From a bacterium (lineage in GTDB: Bacteria > UBA10199 > JACPAL01 > GCA-016699445): DNA of 64,000 nucleotides. Positions within the stretch are counted from its first letter, which is position 1; each line of letters opens with the position of its first letter. Positions 43,125 to 52,270 of this stretch are shown in pieces. Position numbers and translations under genes: made by a program. The stretch is from NCBI GenBank assembly GCA_036274695.1, contig DASUFF010000044.1:484-64483 (forward strand), in the 5' to 3' direction. The notes under the pieces were generated by a model that saw nothing but the letters and a program-made list of their open reading frames with translations, was not told the origin of the DNA and did no database searches.

Positions 43125-43937
43125 TTACTCGCCGATTCTCGCGTCGACCACCTCGCCGAAGCGCGCGCGGATGGCGGCGGTGTCTCCCATCTGCGCCGCG
43201 CGGCCCAGGTCGGCGTGGGGCATGTCGCCGTGGCCGGGGTAGGCGTAGCTCGCGCTCAAGGTCCCGTTCTGGTCGATGGCGACGCTGCCCGTGAACACCG
43301 GCCGGCCGGGAGAACTCCAAGATCCGCCTTCCCCGTAGGCGCCGAAGAGGCGCAGGGCGCGATAGGCCCGGGACCCGTTTTGGAAAGCGGTCGGGGACAG
43401 GTAATGGTTGTCCAGAAAGACGTAGCCCCCGTCCGCGAGACGAAAAGAGACGCTGCTGGTGTGGCTCTCCAGGTCGACGGAGGCGATGGTGGCTCCCGCC
43501 GGGCTTTGGAGGATTTCCGCCGTATACTGCAGCCGAGTCAGAAAGCTCGCGTCGCCGTCGTTGTCCGCGTTCGCGGGATAGAGCGTGGCGGTGACGGGGC
43601 GGCCGTTGATCGAGAGATGGAACTCGTAGCCGTGGCCGGAGCTGGTGACGCTGTTGACGGTATAGCCCAATCCTTCCAAGCGGTGCGAGACCGATCCGAG
43701 CAGGATCTGGTGGGCCTGGGGGCGTTGGAGCGCGGAAGGAAACCCGGTCTCGAAGAAGCCGTGCGCGTTCGCGTATTCGCGGTCGGCGGCCGAGAGGAGG
43801 GGACGTTCTTGGGCGATGAACCGGTTCGTCTCGACGACGCGGGTGTCGGAGACGACGTTGGGCTCGTCTTGAATCGTATTATAAAGGGACACCAGCATGC
43901 CGTCGTCGATGGAGACGGACGAAGTCGGTTCACCCAT
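43125..43937 (-). CDS. hypothetical protein (270 aa)
   Basis: Strong RBS (aaggagg, 6 nt upstream). Lies 48 nt upstream of the peptidase gene on the same strand. No motif recognised. Confidence 0.55.
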   Translation of the reverse strand: MGEPTSSVSIDDGMLVSLYNTIQDEPNVVSDTRVVETNRFIAQERPLLSAADREYANAHGFFETGFPSALQRPQAHQILLGSVSHRLEGLGYTVNSVTSSGHGYEFHLSINGRPVTATLYPANADNDGDASFLTRLQYTAEILQSPAGATIASVDLESHTSSVSFRLADGGYVFLDNHYLSPTAFQNGSRAYRALRLFGAYGEGGSWSSPGRPVFTGSVAIDQNGTLSASYAYPGHGDMPHADLGRAAQMGDTAAIRARFGEVVDARIGE

Positions 43938-44039
43938 GGGAAGACCTCCTTGGCGTTACATTGATGCGATTAATGTGATGAGCTTTTTGGTTATCGACGG
44001 CGGTCTAACGGAAGTTTCGTGGTGAGTTGTAAGTGTCTG

Positions 44040-44927
44040 TTACTTTAAGGATTTTTTCTTGCGCAACGGGGCGTAATCCTCTCTTACACTGGGAGGAGGC
44101 TCCTGCGAGACGTCCTTTAAATTCCTTCCCGTCCAATAGATCAGGACCAAGAACAGCTGGTAAAAATAGAAGATCCAGACGGCCCCCAAGATGAGAGAGG
44201 CCAGCGAGCCGTAGACGACATTATATTGCGAGACGCTTCGGGCGGTTAAGGCCTTGAAGCCCCACTGGCCCAGCGTGAGGGCGCCCGAGAACATGACGCC
44301 GCCCACGGCGGCACGGCGGATAGGGATGCGCCGCGTGGGCAGAACGAGCATGACGATCAGGAACATGAGAAACGAGAGCAAGAGGAAGGCGCCCTTCGAA
44401 GCGAAGATGCCCGGGATGTCGAACCCGAAATAGCCCAGCGACTTCCTCAAGCCCCCGAGCAGGAGCGGCGTCAGGAGTACGAGCATGCCGGCGGTGACCC
44501 AAATGAGAAAGAAAAGACGACGCAGGAAATAGTTTCTCCGCCTATCCATCTTGAGCAGGTCGTTCACGAAATGCTCGAGGTTGAGATAGAGCAGGCGGGA
44601 GGAGAACAAGAGCGTCACCAATCCGAACCATCCGAAGGTCCTGCGTTTGGCGAAGAGCGAACCGATCGTTTTTAGAAGAACCGGGTTTTGGAGCGGAAAG
44701 AACTGCTCCATCAGGCGGACGGTTTCCCTGACCAAGACGTCCTGGGGCACGAGGTGACCGAGCAGCGTGACCAACACCAAGACCAGGGGGACGATGGAGA
44801 TGATGGTGAAGAAGGAGAGGCTCGCCGACTTGTTGGTGAAATCCTTGCGGACGTAGGCGTCCCACCAGCCCTTGACGTGTTTCACGATCGTGACGGCGCG
44901 GGAGATCATGGGATGCGCCCGGCTCAT
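44040..44927 (-). CDS. YihY/BrkB-family integral membrane protein
   Basis: ASLSFFTIISIVPLVLV... and about 6 TM segments with YihY-like topology. Confidence 0.7.
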   Translation of the reverse strand: MSRAHPMISRAVTIVKHVKGWWDAYVRKDFTNKSASLSFFTIISIVPLVLVLVTLLGHLVPQDVLVRETVRLMEQFFPLQNPVLLKTIGSLFAKRRTFGWFGLVTLLFSSRLLYLNLEHFVNDLLKMDRRRNYFLRRLFFLIWVTAGMLVLLTPLLLGGLRKSLGYFGFDIPGIFASKGAFLLLSFLMFLIVMLVLPTRRIPIRRAAVGGVMFSGALTLGQWGFKALTARSVSQYNVVYGSLASLILGAVWIFYFYQLFLVLIYWTGRNLKDVSQEPPPSVREDYAPLRKKKSLK

Positions 44928-44942
44928 AACATAGGAGCGAAG

Positions 44943-44961
44943 CGCGTGACAATGTCACGCG
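44943..44961. promoter_or_regulatory. perfect 9-1-9 palindrome CGCGTGACA-A-TGTCACGCG, with a third GTGACA half-site at 44961-44966
   Basis: Read directly from the sequence, in the 50-nt divergent spacer between the yihY-like gene and the 44978 ORF. Confidence 0.5.
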
Positions 44962-44977
44962 TGACAACGCCGGCGGG

Positions 44978-45346
44978 TTGGATCAGGATGCGTCCATGTC
45001 GACGCGGCGCTTTTCGCGAATCGGTCTGGTCGTCGCCCTCGTCTATGCCGCGCTTGCCGTCGCGGCGTCGGGTTACGATCTCCTCAGGGCCCCCAGCGGG
45101 GGGTGGCTGGACCTGCGGGGGATCGAAACTTGTCTTGCGACATTGCCGGCCTGCTGGCTGGTCGACGCCGTCCTGCCGAAGATCGGGTTGCCGCGGCCGG
45201 ATTTCTATCATCGGTTGGAGAGCCCCTACACGGTGGTCGCCGTGGCTTTCTCCGTCCTTTCCTGTGCGGCCGCGCTTTATTTCCTGACGGCGTGGATCGA
45301 AAGCCGGATTCGAAAAAGGAAATCGAAAAGGGGAAAGTCTCAGTGA
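44978..45346 (+). CDS. small membrane protein, unknown function
   Basis: Hydrophobic segments and a basic tail. The start is uncertain. Confidence 0.4.
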   Translation: MDQDASMSTRRFSRIGLVVALVYAALAVAASGYDLLRAPSGGWLDLRGIETCLATLPACWLVDAVLPKIGLPRPDFYHRLESPYTVVAVAFSVLSCAAALYFLTAWIESRIRKRKSKRGKSQ

Positions 45347-45612
45347 AGTGTTGGTGGAGAGACGCCTTCGGAGTTCGTATCCTCTTTATCGTCCGAAGGA
45401 TCTTTTCCCGATCCGAAGCTCCATCCGATCAGGAGAGAGGCGACGGCGCCCACCAGCATCGAAACCAGGATCAGCACAAGCTTGGGTACCGCCAGGAAGG
45501 ACCAGAAGAGGAAACGGATTCGCGTCGGCTCCACGTTTTGAAGGACGACGGTGACGACCAGAACCACGGCCAGGGTCCAGAGGATGAATTTGGGGCGTTT
45601 CCAGAAACTCAT
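45340..45612 (-). CDS. LapA/DUF1049-like small membrane protein
   Basis: Two TM segments with the pattern V.L.NV.P..I.FLFW. Confidence 0.55.
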   Translation of the reverse strand: MSFWKRPKFILWTLAVVLVVTVVLQNVEPTRIRFLFWSFLAVPKLVLILVSMLVGAVASLLIGWSFGSGKDPSDDKEDTNSEGVSPPTLH

Positions 45613-45618
45613 GGGTCC

Positions 45619-45855
45619 CTACTTTTTCTCCCAGCGGATCTCCAAATCGTCCTTCTCGCCGAGCGCGTTGCGTAAGAGCTCCACCAGCGCCTCGTCCGCG
45701 CCGTCGTCGGCCAGCATGTCGATGGTATCGGGCGTCAGGAAGTAATCGTCGTCGTTTTCCGACTCTTCCTCGAGGTGGTCGTTCAGGAACTGGAACTGTT
45801 CTTCAGTGACCTGCCCGATCAGCCGATTGGAAGCCTTCTCGCGTAGTGTGATCAC
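45619..45855 (-). CDS. small acidic protein (78 aa), unknown function
   Basis: GTG start with an aaggtg RBS. Asp/Glu-rich. Confidence 0.5.
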   Translation of the reverse strand: MITLREKASNRLIGQVTEEQFQFLNDHLEEESENDDDYFLTPDTIDMLADDGADEALVELLRNALGEKDDLEIRWEKK

Positions 45856-45913
45856 GGTTCACCTTGTTTTAGGGATACCCCTTTATACCAGAGCTTTGGG
45901 ACGAAGGCGACCA

Positions 45914-47314
45914 TTATCCCGCCATCTGACGGGAGACGCGGTAGGCCATCCAGCCGAGCAGGGCGGTGGCCAGCACCATGCCGGCTAAGGCGGCGCGTTT
46001 GCCCCACACCTCTTTCATCGACGGCGGGGGCGGCGGCGGGGCGGTGAGACGGCCGGGGCCTCCCAGGGACTCCGCTTTGCCGGCGATCGCCGCTCCGCGC
46101 GGGAAGCCGGCGCCTTCCTGGAGCTTGAGCAAGGCGTTTTCATCGAAGCGGGCCTTGCGGGCCGTCGCGCTTCCGTAGGCGAGCGTATAGGGCCCGTTGC
46201 CCTCGGCGACGAAGACGACTTTTTCCGGCACCCATCCGGCCCTCATTTGGGGCGCGGCGTCGCCGAATCCGGCGGAGTCGTCCTTGGCCTCCAGGTACCA
46301 GTAGCGTTGCGGCGTGCGCTCGTAGGCGCTGCTCGGGGTGAGGACGCCGGTGGAAACCTCGCGGCCGGACTGTTTCAGGCGGTAGATCAATCCCGAAAAT
46401 TGCCAGGTCTTCGCGTCTTCGGGGCGGTTGTTGGAGGAGATCTCCGCGTTGATCGCGCGGTTGCCCTCGGGCAGGACGATCTCCAACCGGTCCACGGGCA
46501 GGGGGGCTCCCAGGTCGAAGGAGGTGACCTTGGGCGAGTTCGAGAAGCCTTTGACGGTCGTCCACTCGCGCTCCGCGGCCTTCTTGCCGGTGACGTAGGA
46601 AACGCTCGCCGAATCGAGGGAGAGGTTCGGGGCGATGCGCTCGGCGTCCTCGAGTTTCAGCCTCAAGTAGGCCGCCTTCGTCGGGGAAAAATCGAGCCGG
46701 TTCTTCAAAGTCATCCCGCCGCCTTCCTTCGGGGAGAGCTGGGCGATCAGGCCGTCGCCGTCGATCATCCGCCAGGTCTTCAGGTCGTCGCTCGCCTCGA
46801 GCGTCACGGGGAGGAGGAAGGTCTCGTCCATGCCGCTCCAGTTGACGGTGAGCGAACGCATCTCCCCGGAGACCTCGGAGGCCGGCAGGAGGTAGGCGAC
46901 GATCTTTTTCTTTTGCTCCCCGTCTCCCTGGGTCTTGAGGTTCACTTCCGAGTCGGTGCCGCCTTGGCGGATCATCACCGAGAGGGCGTCCGGGCTTTGG
47001 TTCACGCCTTCGCGCACGGGAAAGACGGACAATCCCTGCTGGGCGGTCATTTCCTCCTCGGTGGCCCCGCCGGCCGCCAAGACGTGCGGCACGACGTTGC
47101 CCTCGGCGTTGAAGACGCGCAGGTCGCCGCGATCGTTGCGCAGGAGGTCTTTGTAAACGTCCTTGGGCAGCGGGGCTTCGTAGACGGAGGATTGTCCGTC
47201 GGTGTCCAGGACGACGCCGTAGGCGAAGTCGTTGGGTTTGAGCGCCCCGTCCGCCATCGCCGAAGCGGAAACGAGGGCGAAAACGCCGATCAGGCTTAAA
47301 GAAAAAATTTTCAC
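45914..47314 (-). CDS. DUF3999-like exported protein with a C-terminal membrane anchor
   Basis: GTG start at 47314 overlaps the upstream stop (GTGA). Signal peptide VKIFSLSLIGVFALVSASAMA. C-terminal PPPPPP followed by a TM segment. The rest of the 652-aa track ORF is shadow sequence. Confidence 0.6.
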   Translation of the reverse strand: MKIFSLSLIGVFALVSASAMADGALKPNDFAYGVVLDTDGQSSVYEAPLPKDVYKDLLRNDRGDLRVFNAEGNVVPHVLAAGGATEEEMTAQQGLSVFPVREGVNQSPDALSVMIRQGGTDSEVNLKTQGDGEQKKKIVAYLLPASEVSGEMRSLTVNWSGMDETFLLPVTLEASDDLKTWRMIDGDGLIAQLSPKEGGGMTLKNRLDFSPTKAAYLRLKLEDAERIAPNLSLDSASVSYVTGKKAAEREWTTVKGFSNSPKVTSFDLGAPLPVDRLEIVLPEGNRAINAEISSNNRPEDAKTWQFSGLIYRLKQSGREVSTGVLTPSSAYERTPQRYWYLEAKDDSAGFGDAAPQMRAGWVPEKVVFVAEGNGPYTLAYGSATARKARFDENALLKLQEGAGFPRGAAIAGKAESLGGPGRLTAPPPPPPSMKEVWGKRAALAGMVLATALLGWMAYRVSRQMAG

Positions 47315-50004
47315 GCCACGGCCTCCTTCTTGGTTTTGGGCGGGAGCGGGGAGAAGTAACCGATGAGCAGGATCATCAAGCCGGCGCCGACGAACGACAC
47401 CACGCGGGCGATGGTCTGCGTCTTCGACAGATCCACGAAGAGGAGCTTCAAGACCGTCAGTCCCAGCAGGCTCGCGCCCACCATCCACGCGCCGCGGAGT
47501 TTTTTGCGCGTGCCGATCACCATCACCGTCATCGCCAGAACGGTCCAGTAGATCGTGAGCGAGGTCTGGAAGAGGAGCGAGTTGTAGAGGTCGTTGAAAT
47601 AATACGGCACGCCCATCCAGTGCGAGACGGAGCGGGCGAGCAGGACGTTGATCCAGACGAAGACCGTGAGGCCGAGCGCGAAGTACAAAAGCTTCTTGAT
47701 CGGCCAGTTCACCGCGCGGATCCAGGCCACCGCCGCCAGGAAGAAGAAGCCCTGCAGGAGCTCCAGGGGGTTGAAGACGGGCACGTAGGAAAGGAGCCGG
47801 TGGTCCGCCGTCAGGTCGAGCGACCGGAAGACCCAGATCCAGAGGAAGAAGACGATGGGCGTCAGCCCCCACGCCAGATAGCCTTTTTCATGCGCCTTGA
47901 GCGGCCAGCGGATCTTGTCGCGGAAGAAGACGACGACGGCCGTCGCCAGCACGCCCCAGAAATTTCCGATGACGCTGGACCACGTCCGTCCGGTTTCCCA
48001 GGCGGCTTCATCCGGATTGTCGGCGTCGAAGAAGACGTCCTGGAAGCCGAAGTTGAACGAGCGCACGGATTGGAAGGACGCGACGGTGACCAGCAGGAAG
48101 AGGCCGCCGGCATGGAGCAGCGTCCGGTAGAAGGAAAGGGCGCCGCCGACGGGGGGCGTCGCTTGATCCAGCCGTTTCAGGAACCAGAAGTGGACGGCGA
48201 ATCCCAGAAGCCACACGAGCCAGCCGAAGCGCGCGAACGGGAGATAATCACCCTCGAAGGCGTAGAAGGAAAAGTAAAAACCCAAGACGGGCAGGAGCAG
48301 ATACACCGGCCACCGCAGGGCCTTCCAAGACAGGAGCCCCCGAAGCGTTTCGAAAATGGCGAGCGAACCGATGATGAAAAGCATTTGCGCGTTCGTCGTG
48401 AAGGGCTCGAGATGGCGCGCGTCCATCTGGTCGCCCAACTCCCACACGCCGCCGTAGAACCACCAGCCGAGCCCCCACACATACAAGATCAGGGCGATGG
48501 CCTTCTCTTCGGGCCGGATGCGATCCTCGTGGCGCGTCAGCCAGTAGGAGCCGAAGAGGGAGGCGAGACTGACGAAAAGGGCGCCGACGAAATACGGATT
48601 GATCAGGATCGGTCCCCGGGCCGCCAGATCGCCGACGAAGGGCTTGTAGGCGAAACCGGCAGCGAAGAGCACGAGGGCGCCGAAGAGCCGCGGCAGGTAG
48701 CGGCTCTGGCGGACGCCGATCCACACCAGGGCCGCGCCTTCCAGCGCCCACGACAGACAGGTCCAGTGGTGGGTCATCCGGAGCGGGATGGTGAGCGTGA
48801 TGAAGACGACGCCGATGGCGAGCATCGCCTCCATGAGCATCTTGTAAACCGCCGGGGCCTTCTTCTGCAGCACGAAGGTGAGCGCCATGTAGTAGACGGC
48901 CAGCGCCAGCGAGCTCCACGCCAGCCCGTGCGGGATGTTTTTGACCAGGGACATCTGCAGCCCGAAGGCGACGATGGGCGTGCCGAAGACGAGCGTCGTG
49001 TCGACGAAACCTTTCAGTCGGTCGCCCACGCGCGAGGCGAAAAGGATCGGGATGATCGAGTACAGCAGGAAGAAGGCGATCAAGAAAGGCTCGGTCGTCG
49101 CAAAGAATTCGGGCGTGTAATACTTGGCGCCCCAGCTCAAGCCGATCGTGAACGTGAAGAAGAAGCCCAAGAGATTGAGCGCCCTCCAGGCCCGGAACCA
49201 GGCGATGCCCAAGATCCCCAAGTTCAAGACCAGGAAATAGCTGAAGAGGGCGACGTGGCTCCCTCCGCCCGTGGAAGTCAAAACGGGCGCGAGGAATCCG
49301 CCGCAGATGCCGATGACCGCCATGGACTGCGCGCGGAGGGCGACGGCGATGAGCGAGGAGAAGACCACCACCGCCAGCAGAAGGCCGAAGGCGAGTCCGG
49401 ACGGGAGCAACTTGTAGAGCCGGAAGGCGGCGAAGATGTTGAGATAGAGGATGCCGATGCCCCCGCCTAAGAGGCTTAAGGCGTAGCCCGGACGCTTGGC
49501 GCGCAAACGCCAGCCGAAAAAGATCAAGGCCAGTGCGCCCAAGGCGACGGCGGCGAGGCGCAACTGGATCGGGATCATTCCGTTGTCGATGGCGAGCTTC
49601 AAAAGAAACGTGATGCCCAGAAAGAGGACGATCAAGCCGATGCGGACGACCAGGTTCCCGCCGGTAAAGAAACCGCGGATCGCCTCGACCACCGGGTTCG
49701 GCGGCGACGGCGGGCGCGGTGCCGGCGGGGGCGGGGGCGTTCTTTTGACCGGCTCACGGACTTCCCGCGGTATATAAGGAGGCGGCTGAGTCGGGGTCGC
49801 CGTGGGAGCCGCCGGCGGCGGGGAAACGGTGCGTGGCGGAGGCGCCGCCGGGACCGGGGTCTCTTTGGGGAGAGGGCTGACGCCCCCCGCCTCCAAATCC
49901 GAGATTCTCCGGGAAAGTTTCTTGATCTGATCCGAGAGGCTGCTTAAGCGGACGAGGCAATAGATGAGGGCGATGACCCCCAGGAAACCGAAAAAGTATC
50001 CCAT
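47311..50004 (-). CDS. DUF2339-like polytopic membrane protein (897 aa)
   Basis: N-terminal TM segment, coiled-coil LSDQIKKLSRRISDLE, a Pro-rich linker, then more than 20 hydrophobic segments. Confidence 0.7.
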   Translation of the reverse strand: MGYFFGFLGVIALIYCLVRLSSLSDQIKKLSRRISDLEAGGVSPLPKETPVPAAPPPRTVSPPPAAPTATPTQPPPYIPREVREPVKRTPPPPPAPRPPSPPNPVVEAIRGFFTGGNLVVRIGLIVLFLGITFLLKLAIDNGMIPIQLRLAAVALGALALIFFGWRLRAKRPGYALSLLGGGIGILYLNIFAAFRLYKLLPSGLAFGLLLAVVVFSSLIAVALRAQSMAVIGICGGFLAPVLTSTGGGSHVALFSYFLVLNLGILGIAWFRAWRALNLLGFFFTFTIGLSWGAKYYTPEFFATTEPFLIAFFLLYSIIPILFASRVGDRLKGFVDTTLVFGTPIVAFGLQMSLVKNIPHGLAWSSLALAVYYMALTFVLQKKAPAVYKMLMEAMLAIGVVFITLTIPLRMTHHWTCLSWALEGAALVWIGVRQSRYLPRLFGALVLFAAGFAYKPFVGDLAARGPILINPYFVGALFVSLASLFGSYWLTRHEDRIRPEEKAIALILYVWGLGWWFYGGVWELGDQMDARHLEPFTTNAQMLFIIGSLAIFETLRGLLSWKALRWPVYLLLPVLGFYFSFYAFEGDYLPFARFGWLVWLLGFAVHFWFLKRLDQATPPVGGALSFYRTLLHAGGLFLLVTVASFQSVRSFNFGFQDVFFDADNPDEAAWETGRTWSSVIGNFWGVLATAVVVFFRDKIRWPLKAHEKGYLAWGLTPIVFFLWIWVFRSLDLTADHRLLSYVPVFNPLELLQGFFFLAAVAWIRAVNWPIKKLLYFALGLTVFVWINVLLARSVSHWMGVPYYFNDLYNSLLFQTSLTIYWTVLAMTVMVIGTRKKLRGAWMVGASLLGLTVLKLLFVDLSKTQTIARVVSFVGAGLMILLIGYFSPLPPKTKKEAVA

Positions 50005-50058
50005 AAGTGACCGAAATTCTTATCACATTTCCGGTAAGACGCGAAGATTTGTTTTTAA

Positions 50059-51537
50059 TTAAGGGAGGATCTTTTCGCAGACGGTCTTGCTCAGCAGGCG
50101 CGGCCCTTCCCGGCGAGTAAGCAGTTCGTTCCGCTCGTCATCGGCCACCGTCGGCAGATCCCGGCGGGGCGGGGGCTCCGGCATCTTCGGGGACCTAAGG
50201 AATTGATACAGATACTCCGGACCTCCGGCCTTGAACCCTAAGCTGGACACCCGATAGCCGCCGAAGGGCTGGCAGGCCACCAAGGCCCCGGTGATCTTGC
50301 GGTTGATATAAAGGTTGCCGACCTCGAAGTTCTTGCGGGCTTTCTGAATGGCCTCCGGGTTGCGTGAGAAGAGGCCGCCGGTGAGATCGTAGGGGACGCC
50401 GTTGGCGATCTCGAGGGCGTGCGAGAGGTCGCGGGCACGGATCAAGGCGACGACGGGTCCGAAAATCTCCTCGCGGGCGATGCGGGCGTCGGGCGAGACG
50501 TCCTCGAAGACCGTCGGGGGCACGAAGCCGGCTTCTCTCGGCGCCGTTCCCTGAACCGTCAGTCTTCCTTCCTTCATACCGATCTCGATGTAGCGCCGGC
50601 ACTTCGCCTCCGCCTCCGCGTCGATGACCGGCCCCATGAAATTCGCCGGATCACGCGGATCGCCGAGCGAAATGTTGGAAACCACGTCGGCGAAGCGGTT
50701 TTTGAATTCCTCATAGACTCCCGGAAGCGGGAGGATGCGCGAGCACGCCGAGCATTTCTGGCCTTGGAATCCGAAGGCGGAAAGCACCGCCCCTTCCACG
50801 GCGCGGTCCAAGTCCGCGGAGTCGTCGATGAGGATGGCGTTCTTGCCGCCCATCTCGGCGATGGTCCGCTTTTTCCGGGAAGCGATCGCCAGGCCGACCT
50901 CTTTGGAGCCCGTGAAACAGACCAGATCGATCTCGGGAGAGCGGACGAGGGCGTCGCCGACCGTTTTCCCGGGGCCGGGGAGGCATTGGACGGCGTTTTC
51001 GGGGAAGCCGGCTTCGAGAAGGATTTCGAAAAGGCGGGAGGCGATCACCGGCGATTGTTCTGCGGGTTTCATCAGGACGGTGTTGCCCGTGACCAGGGCG
51101 GCGGCGGTCATTCCCGTGAGGATCGCCAGCGGAAAATTCCAAGGCGCGATCACCGCGGCGACGCCCGCAGGCGTCATCAATCCTTCTTTGGAGATTCGAA
51201 GCGCCTCTCGGGCGTAGTATTCCAGAAAGTCGACGGCCTCACAGACGTCGGCGTCGGCCTCCTTCCAGTTCTTGCGGACCTCCAAAAGGACGAGGGCGGT
51301 CAATTCGGGGCGGCATTTCCGCAGGAGGCCGGCGGTCGCAAGCAGAAGGGTGGCGCGGTCCGCGACGGGAACGCGGCTCCATGCGGGCGCCGCCTTCCGC
51401 GCGCGGGAGACGGCCTGAACGGCGTCCTCGACGGATGAGTCTCTAAGATTCTTTTTTCGTTTAGGAAAATCCGGTTCGGCCGCGGAGACCGCCGCCGCGT
51501 TGAAGTCAGCCGACGTTTCGTTCCGGAACGGAGTCAT
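50059..51537 (-). CDS. aldehyde dehydrogenase family (1-pyrroline-5-carboxylate / glutamate-semialdehyde dehydrogenase-like)
   Basis: EADADVCEAVDFLEYYAR (PruA/PutA-type), APWNFPLAI, EMGGKNA and FGFQGQKCSACSR (catalytic Cys). Confidence 0.8.
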   Translation of the reverse strand: MTPFRNETSADFNAAAVSAAEPDFPKRKKNLRDSSVEDAVQAVSRARKAAPAWSRVPVADRATLLLATAGLLRKCRPELTALVLLEVRKNWKEADADVCEAVDFLEYYAREALRISKEGLMTPAGVAAVIAPWNFPLAILTGMTAAALVTGNTVLMKPAEQSPVIASRLFEILLEAGFPENAVQCLPGPGKTVGDALVRSPEIDLVCFTGSKEVGLAIASRKKRTIAEMGGKNAILIDDSADLDRAVEGAVLSAFGFQGQKCSACSRILPLPGVYEEFKNRFADVVSNISLGDPRDPANFMGPVIDAEAEAKCRRYIEIGMKEGRLTVQGTAPREAGFVPPTVFEDVSPDARIAREEIFGPVVALIRARDLSHALEIANGVPYDLTGGLFSRNPEAIQKARKNFEVGNLYINRKITGALVACQPFGGYRVSSLGFKAGGPEYLYQFLRSPKMPEPPPRRDLPTVADDERNELLTRREGPRLLSKTVCEKILP

Positions 51538-52192
51538 GCGCCTTCCGTTTCTTGAAATACCCGGAGACCACGCGGATCAGGAACGGAATCATGGAGACGA
51601 AAATAATGCCGGCCACCACGATGTCGAAGTGCCGCTTGACGAACGGAATGTTACCGAAAAAGTAGCCGGCCAGCAAGCACGCCCCCACCCACAACAGTCC
51701 TCCGGCGACGTTGAAGGCCGTGAAACGCCCGAACGGCATCCCGCCGGCGCCGGCGACGAAGGGCGCGAAGGTGCGGACGATCGGAAGGAAGCGGGTGATG
51801 ACGACCGTTTTCCCCCCGTGCCGATCGTAGAAGCGCTGCGTTTCCTCCAAATGCCTTTTGTTCAGCCAGCGCCGCTCCCCGCGGAACACTTTGGGCCCCA
51901 GATGGCGGCCGACGGCGTAGTTGAGCGTGTTGCCGAGGACGGCCGCCGTCGAAAGAAGCGCGATCAGAGTGGACATGCGAAGCGGCGATCCTTCCGTCGC
52001 TGCGATGGCGCCGAGCGCGAAGAGAAGCGAATCGCCGGGAAGAAAAGGCGTCACGACCAAACCGGTTTCGCAGAAGATGACGGCGAAGAGAACCGCATGG
52101 ATCCAGGGTCCGAGCGATGCGATCCATTGATTCAGATGCGCGTCAAGATGGAGGACGATGTCGAAAATTTCCGTCATGCGGTTGCGATTCAT
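51506..52192 (-). CDS. DedA-family membrane protein
   Basis: FCETGLVVTPFLPGDSLLF and VITRFLPIVRTFAPFVAGAG are DedA signatures. The start is set at MNRNRM. Confidence 0.8.
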   Translation of the reverse strand: MNRNRMTEIFDIVLHLDAHLNQWIASLGPWIHAVLFAVIFCETGLVVTPFLPGDSLLFALGAIAATEGSPLRMSTLIALLSTAAVLGNTLNYAVGRHLGPKVFRGERRWLNKRHLEETQRFYDRHGGKTVVITRFLPIVRTFAPFVAGAGGMPFGRFTAFNVAGGLLWVGACLLAGYFFGNIPFVKRHFDIVVAGIIFVSMIPFLIRVVSGYFKKRKAHDSVPERNVG

Positions 52193-52270
52193 CTCCGTTT
52201 CTCTGCGAAAAAGCGAGGGTTTTCGTTGACAATTTCGTGTCGGAAATGGTTTTATGAGAAAAATTTCCGC

